A stretch of 64,000 bases of DNA from assembly GCF_009914755.1 (NCBI RefSeq), contig NC_060934.1; one strand, 5' to 3'. Positions 17,397 to 29,730 of the stretch are shown here, in pieces. The notes beneath the pieces are model-generated. The model was given only the letters and a program-made list of their open reading frames with translations. It was not told the DNA's origin and made no database searches. This DNA comes from the human T2T-CHM13v2.0 reference genome, Homo sapiens. Both the position numbers and the translations under genes were made by a program. Positions within the stretch are counted from its first letter, which is position 1. Each line of letters begins with the position of its first letter.

Positions 17397-19685
17397 TGTA
17401 TTAGTCCATTTTCATGCTGCTGATAAAGACACCCAAGACTGGGCAATTTACAAAAGAAAGCGGTTTAATTGTACTTACAGTTCCACATGGCTGGGGAAGC
17501 CTCACAATTATGGTGGAAGGCAAGGAGGAGCAAGTCATGTTTTAAATGGATGGCAGCAAGCAAAGAGAGAGCCTGTGCAGGGAAACTCCTGTTTTTAAAC
17601 CATCATATCTCACGAGACTTATTCACTATCACCAGAACAGCATGGGAATGACCTGCACCCATGATTCAATTACCTCCCACCAGGTTCCTTCCACAACACA
17701 TGGGAATTCAAGATGAGATTTGGGTGGGGACACAGCCAAACCCTATCATTCTGCCCCTGGCTCCTCCGAAATCGCATGTCCTCACATTTCAAAACCAATC
17801 ATGCCTTCCCAACAGTCCCCCAAAGTCTTAACTCATTACAGCATTAACTCAAAAGGCAACAGTCCAAAGTCTCATCCGAGACAAGGCAAGTCCCTTCTGC
17901 CTATGAGCCTGTAAAATCAAAAGCAAGTTAGTTACTTCCTAGATACAATGAGGGTACAGGCATTGGGTAAATACAGCCATTCCAAATGGGAGAAATTGAC
18001 CAAAACAAAGGGGCTACAGGACCCACGCAAGTTCAAAATCCAGCAGGGCAGTCAAATCTTAAAGCTCCAAAATGATCTCCTCTGACTCCATGTCTCACAT
18101 CCAGATCACTCTGATGCAAGAGTTGGGTTCCCATGGTCTTGAGCAGCTCCACCCCTGTGACTTTGCAGGGTACAGCCTCCCTCCTGGCTACTTTCACGGG
18201 CTGGTGTTGAGTGTCTGCAGCTTTTTCAGGCACACAGTTCAAGCTGTCAGTGGATCTACCATTCTGGGGTCTGGAGGATGGGGCGGCCCTCTTCTCACAG
18301 CTCTACTAGGTGGTGCCCCAGTAGGGACTCTGTGTGGGGGCTGCAACCCCACATTTCCCTTTCGCACTGCCCTAGCAGAGATTCTCCATGAAGGACTCAC
18401 CCCTGCAGCAAACTTCTGCCTGGGCATCCAGGCATTTCCATACATCCTCTGAAATCTAGCTGGAGGTTCCCAAACCCCAATTCTTGACTTCTGTGTACCC
18501 ACAGGCTCAACACCACATGGAAGATGCCAAGGTTTGGGGCTTCACCCTCTGAAACAACAGCCCAAGCTGCACATTGGCACCTTTTAGCCATGGCTAGAGC
18601 AGCTGGAATGCAGGGTACCAAGTCCCTAGGCTGCACACAGCACAGGGACCCTGGGCCTGACCCACGAAACCATTCTTTTCCCCCTAGGTCTCCAGGCCTG
18701 TGATGGGAGGGGCTGCCATGTAGACCTCTGACTTGCCCTGGAGACATTTTCCCCATTGTCTTGGGATTAACATTTGGCTCCTCATTACTTATGCAAATTT
18801 ATGCAGCTGGCTTGAATTTCTCCTCAGAAAATGGGATTTTCTTATCTATTGCATTGTCAGTCTGCAAATTTTCCAAACTTTTATGCTCTACTTCCCTTTT
18901 AAAACTGAATGCTTTTAACAGCACCCAAGTCACCTCTTGAATGCTATGCTGCTTAGAAATTTCTTCCTCCAGATACCCTAAATCATCTCTCTCAAGTTCA
19001 AAGTTCCACAAATCTCTAGGGCAGAAGCAAAATGCTACCAGTGTCTTTGCTAAAACGTAACAAAATTCACCTTTACTCTAGTTCCTAAAAAGTTCCTCAT
19101 CTCCATCTGAAACCACCTCAGTCTGGATTTCATTGTCCATATCACTATCAGCATTTTCGTCAAAGCAATTCAACAAGTCTCTAGGGAGTTCCAAACTTTC
19201 TCACATTTTCCTGTCTTCTTCTGAGCCCTCCAAACTGTTTCAACCTTTGCCTGTTGCCCAGTTCCAAAGTGGCTTCCACATTTTCAGGTATCTTTTCAGC
19301 AGTGCCCCACTCTACTGGTACCAATTTACTGTATTAGTTTGTTTCCATGCTGCTGATAAAGACATACCCAAGACTAGACAATTTACAAAAGAAAGAGGTT
19401 TAATTTGGACTTACAGTTCCACATGGCTAGGGAAGCCTCACAATCATGGTGGAAGGCAAGGAAGAGCAAGTCATGTCTTACACAGATGGCAGCAAGCAAA
19501 GAGAGAGGTTGTGCAGGGAAACTCCCATTTTTAAAAGCATCAGATCTCGTGAGGCTTATTCACTATCACCAGAACAGCATGAGAAAGATCTGCCCCCATG
19601 ATTCAATTACCTCCCACCAGGTTCCTCCCACAACACGTGGGAAGTCAAGATGAGATTTTGGTGGGGACACAGCCAAACCTTATCA
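17397..19685 (-). mobile_element. Full-length THE1A/B element (LTR-internal-LTR)
   Basis: LTRs at 17397-17748 and 19330-19685 around a ~1.6-kb non-coding internal region. TSD aatcc at 17392-17396 and 19686-19690. Confidence 0.95.
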
Positions 19686-21929
19686 AATCCCATTTAAAAT
19701 AGCTATAAAAATTAAACAAAATATTAGAAATAAATTTAAGCAAGGAGTTAAAGAACTTGTATATTGAAAATTATAAAATGTTAAATAAACTGAAGAAAAC
19801 ATAAATAAATGAAAGATAGTCCATGTTCATGGATTGAAAGAATGAGTATTGTTAACATGGCCATACTACCCAAAGCAATCTACAGATTCAATGCAATCTC
19901 TATCAAAAGTCCAATGTGATTTTTTATAGAAATAGAAAAAAACAATCCTAAAATTTATATGGAATCACAAAAAACCCTGACTAGCCAAAGCAGTACTGAG
20001 CAAAAAGAACAAAGCTGAAGGCATCACAGTACCTAATTTCAAACTATACTACAAAGTGATAGCAACTAAAATAGCATGGTACTAAGCATAAAAATAGACA
20101 CATCAACCAATGGAATAGAACAGAGAGCCCAGAAATGAACCCAAACATATACGGTCAATTGATTTTTGACAAAGGTGCCAAGGATACATGATAGAAAAAG
20201 TGCAGTCTCTTCAATAAATGGTGTTGGAAAAACTGGATAATCATAGGCAGTAGAATGAAATTGGACACTTATCTCACACTATATACAAAAAAGCCAACTA
20301 AAACTGGATTAAAGATTTAAATATAAAATCTGAAACTAGATTGCTAGAAGGAAACAAAGAAAATCTACATGATGTTGGTCTACAGGCAATTTTTTTTTAG
20401 ATTTGTCCCAAAAGCTCAGGCAATAAAAGCAAAAATAAGCAAATGGAATTACATCAAACTAAAAAGCTTTCACACAATGAAGAAAAAAATTAACAGAATG
20501 AAGAGACAATGTAAGCATTGGGAGAAAATATTTGCAAGCCATTCATCTAATAGGAGTTAATATCCAAAATATATAAGGAATTCAAACAATTCTGTAGAAA
20601 GAAAACTATTAGCCTGATTTTAAAATGGGCAAGGGACCAGACTAGACATTTCTCAAAATAAGACATACTCCAAATGACCAACAGATATATGAAAAAAAGT
20701 CCAACATAAATAATCATTAGGGAAATGCCAATAAAACCACAATGAGATATTATCTCACACCTGTCAGAATGGCCATTATCAAAAAGACAAAAGATAACGA
20801 ATGTTAGCGAGGATGTGAAGAAAAGAAAACACTTGTACACTATTGGTGGAAATGTAAATTAGTATGATGATTATGAAAAACTCTATAGAGGTTCCTCAAA
20901 ATAATATTACCATATGACCCTGCAATATTACCATATGACCCAGCAATCCCACTTCTCGGTATTTACCCAAAAGATTTGAAATCAGTATGTCAAAGAGATG
21001 TCTGAACTCCCATGTGCATTGCAGCAATATTCACGATAGTCAAGTTACAGAATTAACCCAAGCATCTGTCAACAGATGAATAAAGAAAATGTAGTATATA
21101 TACAAATGGAATACTATTCAGTCTTTAAAAAGAAAAAAATCTGTAATTTGCAATATGTTTGGAATTGGAGATCATACTAAGTGAAATAAGCCAGGCACAG
21201 ACAGACAAATACTGTGTGTTCTCATTTATATGTGGAATCTAAAACAATCGAGCTCATACAAAGAGTAGAATGGTGGTTACCAAAAGTCTGGGGATGGGGG
21301 AAATGAGGAGATGATGGTTAAAGGGTACTAAGTTTCTGTTAAACAGGAGGAATAAGGTTTTTTGTTTTTTGAGATCTATTGCACAGTGACATGAATATAG
21401 CTAATAACAGTGTGTTGTACATTTCAAATTCTTGAAGGAAATAAACTGCAAATGCTCCCAACACAAAAAAGCTACATATTTGAGGTGATGGATATGTTAA
21501 GTCACTTGATTTAATTATTCCATGTTGTATTTATAAATCATAACATCAATTTGGGCCCCATATAATTTGTCAACTCATAATAAAAATAAGTTTTAAAAAA
21601 AGAAATGAGTATAATTATTGCTACAAAAATTAAATTGTAATCAAGTATTACATGTTCTTTATACTAATGAATCTGAAAACATGGGGACAATAAATGATTT
21701 TCTAGGAAAAGATAAGTTATCTCAACTGGTTCAATAAGAAATAGCAAAACCAATAAGTCTGTAAGAAGTTCAAAAATCTGTACAAGATTTATGTTCCATA
21801 AAGATATTGGGGCCAGATAATTTTAAGAGAGAGTTTTTTAAAGCCCCAATGTGACAGATTATTTTCATATAATTTTTACTGTCCCAAAAAACACACAGTA
21901 AAAGACTGGATAAAAGAAACTTTAGGATT

Positions 21930-22370
21930 ATGGCTGATTGCTAAAATTGCTCTAATACTTTACCATCCCTCTATCTGAGCCCCAAGGAGTCCCTTGTCTG
22001 GGGGTGGGATATGGCTTTTCCACTCCTGCTCTGAAGAGGTAGAACCTCCTTCCCCAGTTTGCTTCCCTGACATGTCAATGGAATGTTAGCAGGTGGGTCC
22101 CAAGCAGATGCTTGAAATGGGCTTGTGTCTAAGGACATGTCTGTTCTTATGCCTCTGCCTTCTCTATGAGAACATGCTGGGTTAGCCTGCTACGGAGATG
22201 GGAGAGACATGGAGAAGGGCCTGGTCACTCTATTATACTCAGCAGGCCCATAAACATGGCAGCAAGCCTAACGGAGACCAGACCTGCCCAGCCTAAATCC
22301 CTGACTCACAGACACATGAGCGAAAGATGGGTTTTATTGTTTTAAGCCACTGAGTTTGTATAAACAGAGA
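21930..22370 (+). mobile_element. MLT1-family LTR (old MaLR)
   Basis: Characteristic 3' part ttgttttaagccactgagttt. Boundaries approximate. Confidence 0.6.
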
Positions 22371-23954
22371 ACTAAGACCACTTTCCTTCCTAATATAGAT
22401 GCAAACAATCTTAATTAGAACACTAGGGAATTAAATTCAGCAGCATATTAAAAATATGATACACCTTGACAGAGCAGGATGTGTCCCAAAAATATAAGAA
22501 TATTTTGATAAGGGAAAATCCATGAATGAATATTTATATCAATAAGTCAATTAATATTTTTATCAGGTCACAAGATTTAAAAAGAGAGAGACAAGATATG
22601 GTACCTCTGTACATGTCTAAAAAAAGTTAATAAAATTCAGTATCCAATACTTTTTTTTAAAAAAAAATCTATTTGAAAACTAGAAATAGGTTCTTAAAAT
22701 CATAAACTCACATCTTAAATCAACAGTCAATATTAAAATCAATGGTGAAATATCAGGAGCCTTCCATTAAAACCCAAAACAAAAGAGGAATTATTGCTGT
22801 TTGTACACATTTTTATAGCAATTCTTTATGTTTGAGACACTGCAATAAAGCAATACATTTCAGGGAAATAAATGTTAGAAAAGAAAAGTTATTTATAAGT
22901 GATATGATTAGTTACCTAGGAAACCCAAGAAAGTCAACTGAATATCTACTAAAACCAGCAAGACATTTTAATAAACAGGCTAGTCCCAGAATGTGTGTAT
23001 ATAAACTAATACAAGATATATCATTACTAAAATAAAATTGAAAATTGGATCCCATTTATAATGACAAGGAAAGAAAAATAACTAGAAAAATAACACCTAA
23101 AAAGTGCTTTGTAATAAATGAATGGTATGCTGTTCATTCCAAATTATGGCTCACAAAAGGGTAGTGCTCATATATAAACAGCTCTTAACAAATCAATTAA
23201 AAGAAGACAAATCTTCAATAACAAAGTGACCAAAGGATATGAACTAACAATTTAAAAAAATCAAAAATTATTGATAAAAATAAGGGGGGAAATTAAACTG
23301 CATTATTAAGAATTTAAAGAGAACCTCCTTCCCTCAACTCCTCCCTCACCATCCCACCTTTGTCCTTGTTTTAGTGTACATGAATTTCCATTAGATTAAT
23401 ATTCCGGGCCTCCCTCCCTTCCCCTAACTCCCCCAGGTAAAGAATAGTGATGTATATAAGAGTTTGAAAGGAGGAACTTAATTTTGTGTCTCATTTCTTC
23501 TGGGATCTCCCTGTCATCCTGGATGTGTCTACAGCACGCTCATTCTGGTCTGCCCTTTGCCATATGTTAAGGGATATGACCCTGTTGGGCAAGATACTAC
23601 ATTGTTAATATTATCCAGTATGATTGGTGACTCTCAAATTTGGAAGTAAAACAGTAGTAAGCCTACACAGCCAAAGACCTAAAGCCAAATTCTACGATCA
23701 GCTGTGTATTAATAACTGATCATTTGTTCTCTAACATTCTGCTTCCGGTGCCATCGTTCACTTCTGAACCTAAGAGGGGAAGGAAAGTTTGTTTAATAGA
23801 CTCCTAAGACCCCAACAATAAATTTAAAATGCAAATTAGAATATTTTAACCTAGAAAATTGGCAAAGTAAATATGATAATAATTGGTAACAATAATGCCA
23901 CTAGCTAGGAATGAAGAAGCTTCAGAGAAACAGGCCAGGAAGAACATAAAGGGG

Positions 23955-24328
23955 TGTATCAGTCTGTTCTCAGGCTGCTATGAAGAAATGCCCGAGACTG
24001 GGTAATTTATAAAGAAAAGAGGTTTGACTCACAGTTCCGTGTGGCTGGGAAGGCCTCAGGAAACTTGTGATCATAGCAAAGGGCAAAGGTGACGAAAGCC
24101 ACCTTCTTCACAGGGAGGCAGGAAGGAGAAGTGTGGAGCAAAGGGGGAAAAGCCCCTTATAAAACCATCAAATCTCATGAGAATTCACTCACTATCACAA
24201 GAATAGCATCGGGGCAACTGCCCCCATGATTCAATTACCTCCCACCAGATCCCTCCCACAACACATAGGGATTATGGGAACTACAATTCAAGATGAGATT
24301 TGGGTGGGGACACAGCCAAACCATATCA
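23955..24328 (-). mobile_element. THE1C/D solo LTR
   Basis: tgtatcagtctgttctc...cacagccaaaccatatca. Flanks agggg/aggag are a degenerate TSD. Confidence 0.9.
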
Positions 24329-24889
24329 AGGAGCACAGCGATTGGAAAGCCAATTACAACACATAGCACAAATTTTAAAGGTGCTTACTCCTGTCTTAAA
24401 TCACCTGCTTTTCAAGTGCAATCCTGCTTACATTTATTGGGATTTCTTTTAGATTCTAAAGTTTATTTATATGGAAAGTAATCAAGAAGGTACAGAACAA
24501 TTCTGAAAGAATATTATACGAGGTTTAGATCTACCAGGTGTTAGAATTATCAAATAGCAATAATTAAGCATACAGTCCAAGTACAAGAATAGACAGATCA
24601 ATATAAGTATATAAAAGTGAGAAAAATTGACACAAATATGTATAAAAAAATCTAATAAACAAGGTAGTATTTCAAATCAATGGAAATAAAACAGTCAGTG
24701 GTCATAACTGGGTAGTCATCTGAAAAGAGAATGGATTCCTATCCTCACCTTTTGTGTAAAAATGACAGATGAATGAATAATTTAAATACAAAAAATAAAA
24801 CTATAAAACTACTGTATGAAAACACTGCTTCCATATTAATTCCATGCAGCCTTTTAGGATGTCACAGCAGGATGCGTGATCCTTTCTAT

Positions 24890-26545
24890 AACTCTCTAAG
24901 TTAAAGATACATATTCTAATTCCTATGGCAAACACTAAAATATAATAATAAAATGAAGAACTACAGCTAAAAAAGGGAAATATTAAAACTACTCAGTACA
25001 AAAGAAAATGGGAAAAGAAGGGAAAAAAGCAAAAACATACTGGGCAAACAGTAAAAGACAGCAAGATAATGAACGTAATTCTCCATAAGAATAATTAAGT
25101 GTAATTGGAATAAATATTTCAATTAAAAGGTAGTGACCCTCAGAAAAGATTAAAATGCAAAGCTAATACACACTGTTTAAAAGAATGCACTTTGAGCATA
25201 AATATAGATATACTGAAAATTTTAAAAAATGAAAAAAATGCTCTGCGCATACATATGCAAACACTAAGCATAGGAAAGCTGAGGTGGCCATATCAATGTT
25301 AGTCAAAGTGGACTGTGGGACAGAAATTACTACCAGAGATAAAGAGGAAATTTCATCATGATAAACAGGTCAATTCGTCAAGAAGACATAACAATCCTAG
25401 ATGTGTATAAACCTAAAAAGAGTTTCAAAATACATCAAGAAGACTGACAGAACTGAAAGTACAAATAGATAAATTGGCAACTTCAGTTAAAGGTGTTACT
25501 CCTCTCCCAATAATTGATAGAAATAACAAACAAAAAATATTAGTAAGCTTAATATGAGATCTGATAACACCATCAACTAACTATGCTATTTACGGGACAT
25601 TACCCTATCCAACAACAGCAGATTTTACATTCCTTTCAACCATTCATGGAATATCCATCAATAAAGACTATAAGCTGGAGTATAAAACAACTCTCTAACA
25701 AATGTAAAGATAAAAGTAATAAAGAAGACATAATCTGATTATAATAAAATAAAATTAGAAATTAATAACAAAAATCTTAACATCTCAAATATTCAGAAAT
25801 TTAAAAACATATTTCTAAATAAGCCACGAGTCATAGAAAAAAATTATGAAAGAATTTTTTAAAATATTTTAAACTGACGATAATGAAAAAATAACCTATA
25901 CAAATTTGTAATATTCAGCTAAAGGAGTACTGCACCAGGGATATTTGTATTTCCAAATGGCTGTACTAGAAATTGAGAATGTTATGTTAATATTCTAAGT
26001 AAGGATCAACCAAAAGCAGCTAAAGAGCAAATCAAAGACAAACTAGAAGAAAAGCAACAATAAGTAGCAAAAATCAATAAAATAAATAACAAAAGAGAAA
26101 ATCTTTGAAACCAAAGTTGGTTGTTTGCAAATATTGATAAAATTGTTAAATTCCTAGCAGGATGAAAAAAATGAGAAAAAAATCATAATTTACCAATTTT
26201 AGGAATTAAAGAGGGGTACGTCATTACAGATAATACAGGCATTAAGTGATAAGAAAATATTATGAAACATGTTATGCCAATATGTTTGTTAACTCAGATG
26301 ACATGGACGTATTTTTTGAATCTCCAGGCCCAGATAGCTACACTGAATAATTCTATTAGACATTTAAGAGAGAAATAATAACAATCTTATACGAACTCTT
26401 TCACAAAATACAGAAAGTGAGAAAACCTTAACTTATGAGGCCAGTATAACCCTGATACCAAAACTAGACAATAATATAATAAGAAAAATAGCACTATCTC
26501 TTATAAAAACAGACATAAAATCCTTAAAATATTAGGTAATAAACC
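24890..26545 (+). mobile_element. Ancient L1 (L1M) ORF2 endonuclease-region fragment
   Basis: A-rich decayed ORF2-like text, e.g. caagaagacataacaatcctagatgtgtat and tatgaggccagtataaccctgatacc. Confidence 0.7.
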
Positions 26546-26556
26546 CAGATCTGTCT

Positions 26557-26670
26557 CTATATGTACATAAATGTATATGTGTGCATGTGTATGTGTGTAT
26601 ATATATAAACGTGTGCATATAAGTATATGTATGCATGTGTGTATATATATGTGTGTATGTGTATATATAA
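26557..26670. repeat. Degenerate (TA/TG)n microsatellite
   Basis: Mostly alternating purine-pyrimidine run read directly from the sequence. Confidence 0.9.
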
Positions 26671-28271
26671 TATAGGATAAACAACAAATGAATGGGCATA
26701 CTAATTTGTGAAACCTAGGTAGGTCTCATAGTTCATATTCCCAGGACTACAACTAATCAGGCTACCCAGTTGTTATTTATATTAAAACTCTTCAGAAACA
26801 TAAATTTCATTATTCCTTTGATAACTTAATTCACTGTTTTATGATCCCAGCTTAGATTGTGTGATTTGTTTTTTTTTTTTTTTTTTTACAAAGGACTGAA
26901 GTCAAACCACCAAAAGAAAAATGTATTGTAACAACAAATAGGGTACAACTTTAAGGAATGTACTTTTAAAATTACTATGAGTTTATCAATAATAACCTTT
27001 CATGTTAAGTCTTCCAATTTTTGTACATAAAAATGATTTTCATCAAACCACTGAAACTATCCATTGTGGATGTAAATAAAATAACCAAGTTCAATGTAAG
27101 AAAGCAGCATAAAACAAAGTAAAACTTGTGATTTGCAAATCAGCCTGATGTAAGTTTGTTGTTGTTGTTGTTTTTTTTTGCCTTTGTAGTTGCAGAAGGT
27201 GAGCTCTGTTTTAGAAGGAGTCATTTCATTCCCCAATTGAATTTTTACTCATTTAGGCTAAAATCACTTCAAAAGTTTAAAATGAGGGTAGAGGAAATAA
27301 AAAGGAAAAAAAGTAAACATATAGTTAAGTTTATCAGATCACTAAATGCTAGCTATAGAATATCCAAACCCAAGCAAATGCATAGAGTTCTTCATGCCCA
27401 TCCTCGCATCTGTACATTTCTCAGGGAGATAAGAACAAGCTAAAATTAATAGAGACCTCTTGCGATTTTTATTAGACTATCAGCTCACATTTTCTACCCA
27501 ATATGAAAATTAGCATCCATTACAGCATCATAGTATTTCCAAAAGATGTTCCTTTAAGATGTTCCTTTCGTATCACTAATATATACTAACTACCTTTTCC
27601 ATATCAAATATTTGGATACATGGTATTTTTTTTCAAAAAGACTTTCCAAATGTGAAAATTCATTTACATGAAAGGTTGTACAAACACAAAAAATTTAAGA
27701 GTAGAGCTTTAGTGAATCACATTTGTTGAAATGAAAAAGCAGCACACCAAGTGGGACTATTTACTCATCATGCCAATATTTATTGAGCAGCTGTGATGTG
27801 CTAGGCACGGGGGACCCAACAGAGAATAAGATGGATGTGGTCTCTGTCACCACAGAGCTTAAATTCTAACCTAGAAGACAAACAGTTGATTAGAATGTGA
27901 TAAGTGCTCTGACAGAGACATAGCATTTTGAGAGCATTTAGCAGGGGGACCTTTCCTTGACTGGGGTTGGGTGGGAAGGACCAAGAACCGGCTGCCTGTG
28001 AGGAAGTGAAGTCTAAGCCAAGGAGGAGTTCAGCCAAGTGTTGGAGTGAGAGTGGGAAAAGAACTGTCAGGCAAAGGCAATGAAGACACTGCAGTAAAAG
28101 GACATGAAACAGCTAAGCAACAAAAATGCAGAAACAGAGCCACCTTACCAATCAGATGCTGCTGCCAGCTCCAGGACCTGTACATAGTGAGTGGACACCT
28201 CTGAAAACAGACGCTTTCACCTGTCAAAGCCATTCCTGGTATTTACAATGCTGATTATCTAATTAACTCAC

Positions 28272-28821
28272 TGTGCTAGACTGTTGAGATGGTTCCCAGT
28301 GCCCCCGCCTCCTGGTATTCACTCTCATATGTAACCCTGGTAGGGTTAGAATTAAGCAAGTCACTAGGTTAAGAGACTTAGTGACTTGTTTTTAACCAGT
28401 AGACTATAGCAATATTCACAGACCATGATTGGATTATACAACTTGTGATTCTGTCTTATTTGCAGATTATATTGCCTTCTCAGTCTGCAGGCCTTGATGA
28501 AGCAAGCTTCTATATTGGAGAGAATACTGATTAGGAAAATGGGAACCAGCTAGGAACTGAAACCTTCAGTTCAACAACTCAAGGGACTGAATTCTGCCAT
28601 GTTTCTGTGAGCTTGAAAGCAGATCCTTCCCAGTTGAGCCTTTGAATGAGATCCAGTCCTGGCTAACATCTTGACTGAAACCAGTGAAAGAAGCTGAATT
28701 AGAGGACCCAGATAAGTTGTGCCTAGATTCGTAACCCACAAAAGCTGTGAGATTGTACACAGGTGTGATAGTAAGCCACTAAGTTGCGGCAATTTGTCAT
28801 ACAGCAATAAATAACAAATGC
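28272..28821 (+). mobile_element. MLT1E/F-like LTR
   Basis: ccccgcctcctggtattcac start region and taagccactaagttgcggcaatttgtcatacagcaata end. Confidence 0.7.
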
Positions 28822-29269
28822 ACTCATGCATGTGCATTTATCATGTTTACAAGTATTTTCTACAGCCATCATAGGTAGCAGTTATTAGGTTGAGTCCTGC
28901 ATTTTATTTGTGAGAGGAAACAGAAGATAGTATACTTAATTATTAAACAGTAAGTTTCTCCTTCAGGAAGAATAAATTTTAGCTGGTAAGTCCACATGTT
29001 CCTTTGATGCGAAAATGAAAGGTCAGAGATACCAGGCCCTGCAAATGGGTCTCCAGTCCTGTTTTTCCTGCCAGTCCTTGCAGGTCAGAGCCCACAGGAC
29101 AAGTTCCTGGGATTCACACAGCTAAAGACTCAAGTATTGTTCTATCTCAGTGTCTTCCTAGGTTCTCTCCTCAAATCCCAATGTCCCAAGATAAACACAA
29201 GCTGAGATAGCTGCAAAGGGTCTGGAGTATGGAAGAGTTCCTGGACATCATAGGTCCTCCCTTGGCAGC

Positions 29270-29730
29270 CCAGTGGTTTAGCATGTGGGCCCTGAAAATC
29301 AACTGCCTAGTTCAATCCTGGCTCAGCCTCTTATAAGATGCAAGGGCTAAGGCAAATCATGAGTTCTCTATGCCTTAGTTTCTTCATCTGTAAAATGGAA
29401 ATAATAATGGCCCATACCTCTAAGGGCCATAGGGATATTTTAACCACATAATTCATGTAAAGGGATTAGTCGAGAGTCTGCTGAATGTTTTGTTAAATGC
29501 CGGTGTCATCACTATTAGTTATTCGTGTAAGTCCCATTTCTAGTATATTCCCTATTTGTGCAGTAATTCATGTGCATAATCTCAGCTGCGTCACCTTGTA
29601 GCTGTATAACTGCACAAGCTGAATGTCCTAGCCTTGGCTTTCCTATCTGGAAGAAAGAGTGGTCATAGTGCCTGCCTCCCAGGGCATGGTGAGAATGTAT
29701 GAGAAGCTACTGAACCAGTGCTAGCACAGA
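29270..29730 (+). mobile_element. MIR fragments
   Basis: MIR core gtttcttcatctgtaaaatggaaataataat, with a second degenerate copy near 29580-29730. Confidence 0.65.

Larger units (their letters stand above)
13880..21600 (+). mobile_element. Old L1 (L1MA/L1PB-type) with 5'UTR, ORF1 remnant, internal deletion, ORF2 remnant and 3'UTR; interrupted by THE1 and Alu insertions
   Basis: ORF1-like sequence ~15100-15935 joins directly to mid-ORF2 (aaaagtctcccatcaaagaaaag). ORF2 peptides [15 protein letters not shown] and [25 protein letters not shown] are present. A-rich 3' end near 21600. The flanks resemble a still older L1 ORF2. Confidence 0.8.

Noticed and set aside
17749-19329. ORFs inside the THE1 internal region
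   Set aside because: Short and broken remnants of a non-autonomous MaLR internal sequence.
20904-20945. 21-bp tandem duplication (aatattaccatatgaccc..) and similar short duplications at ~10923 and ~27543
   Set aside because: Simple two-copy slippage events. No spacer structure, so not CRISPR-like.
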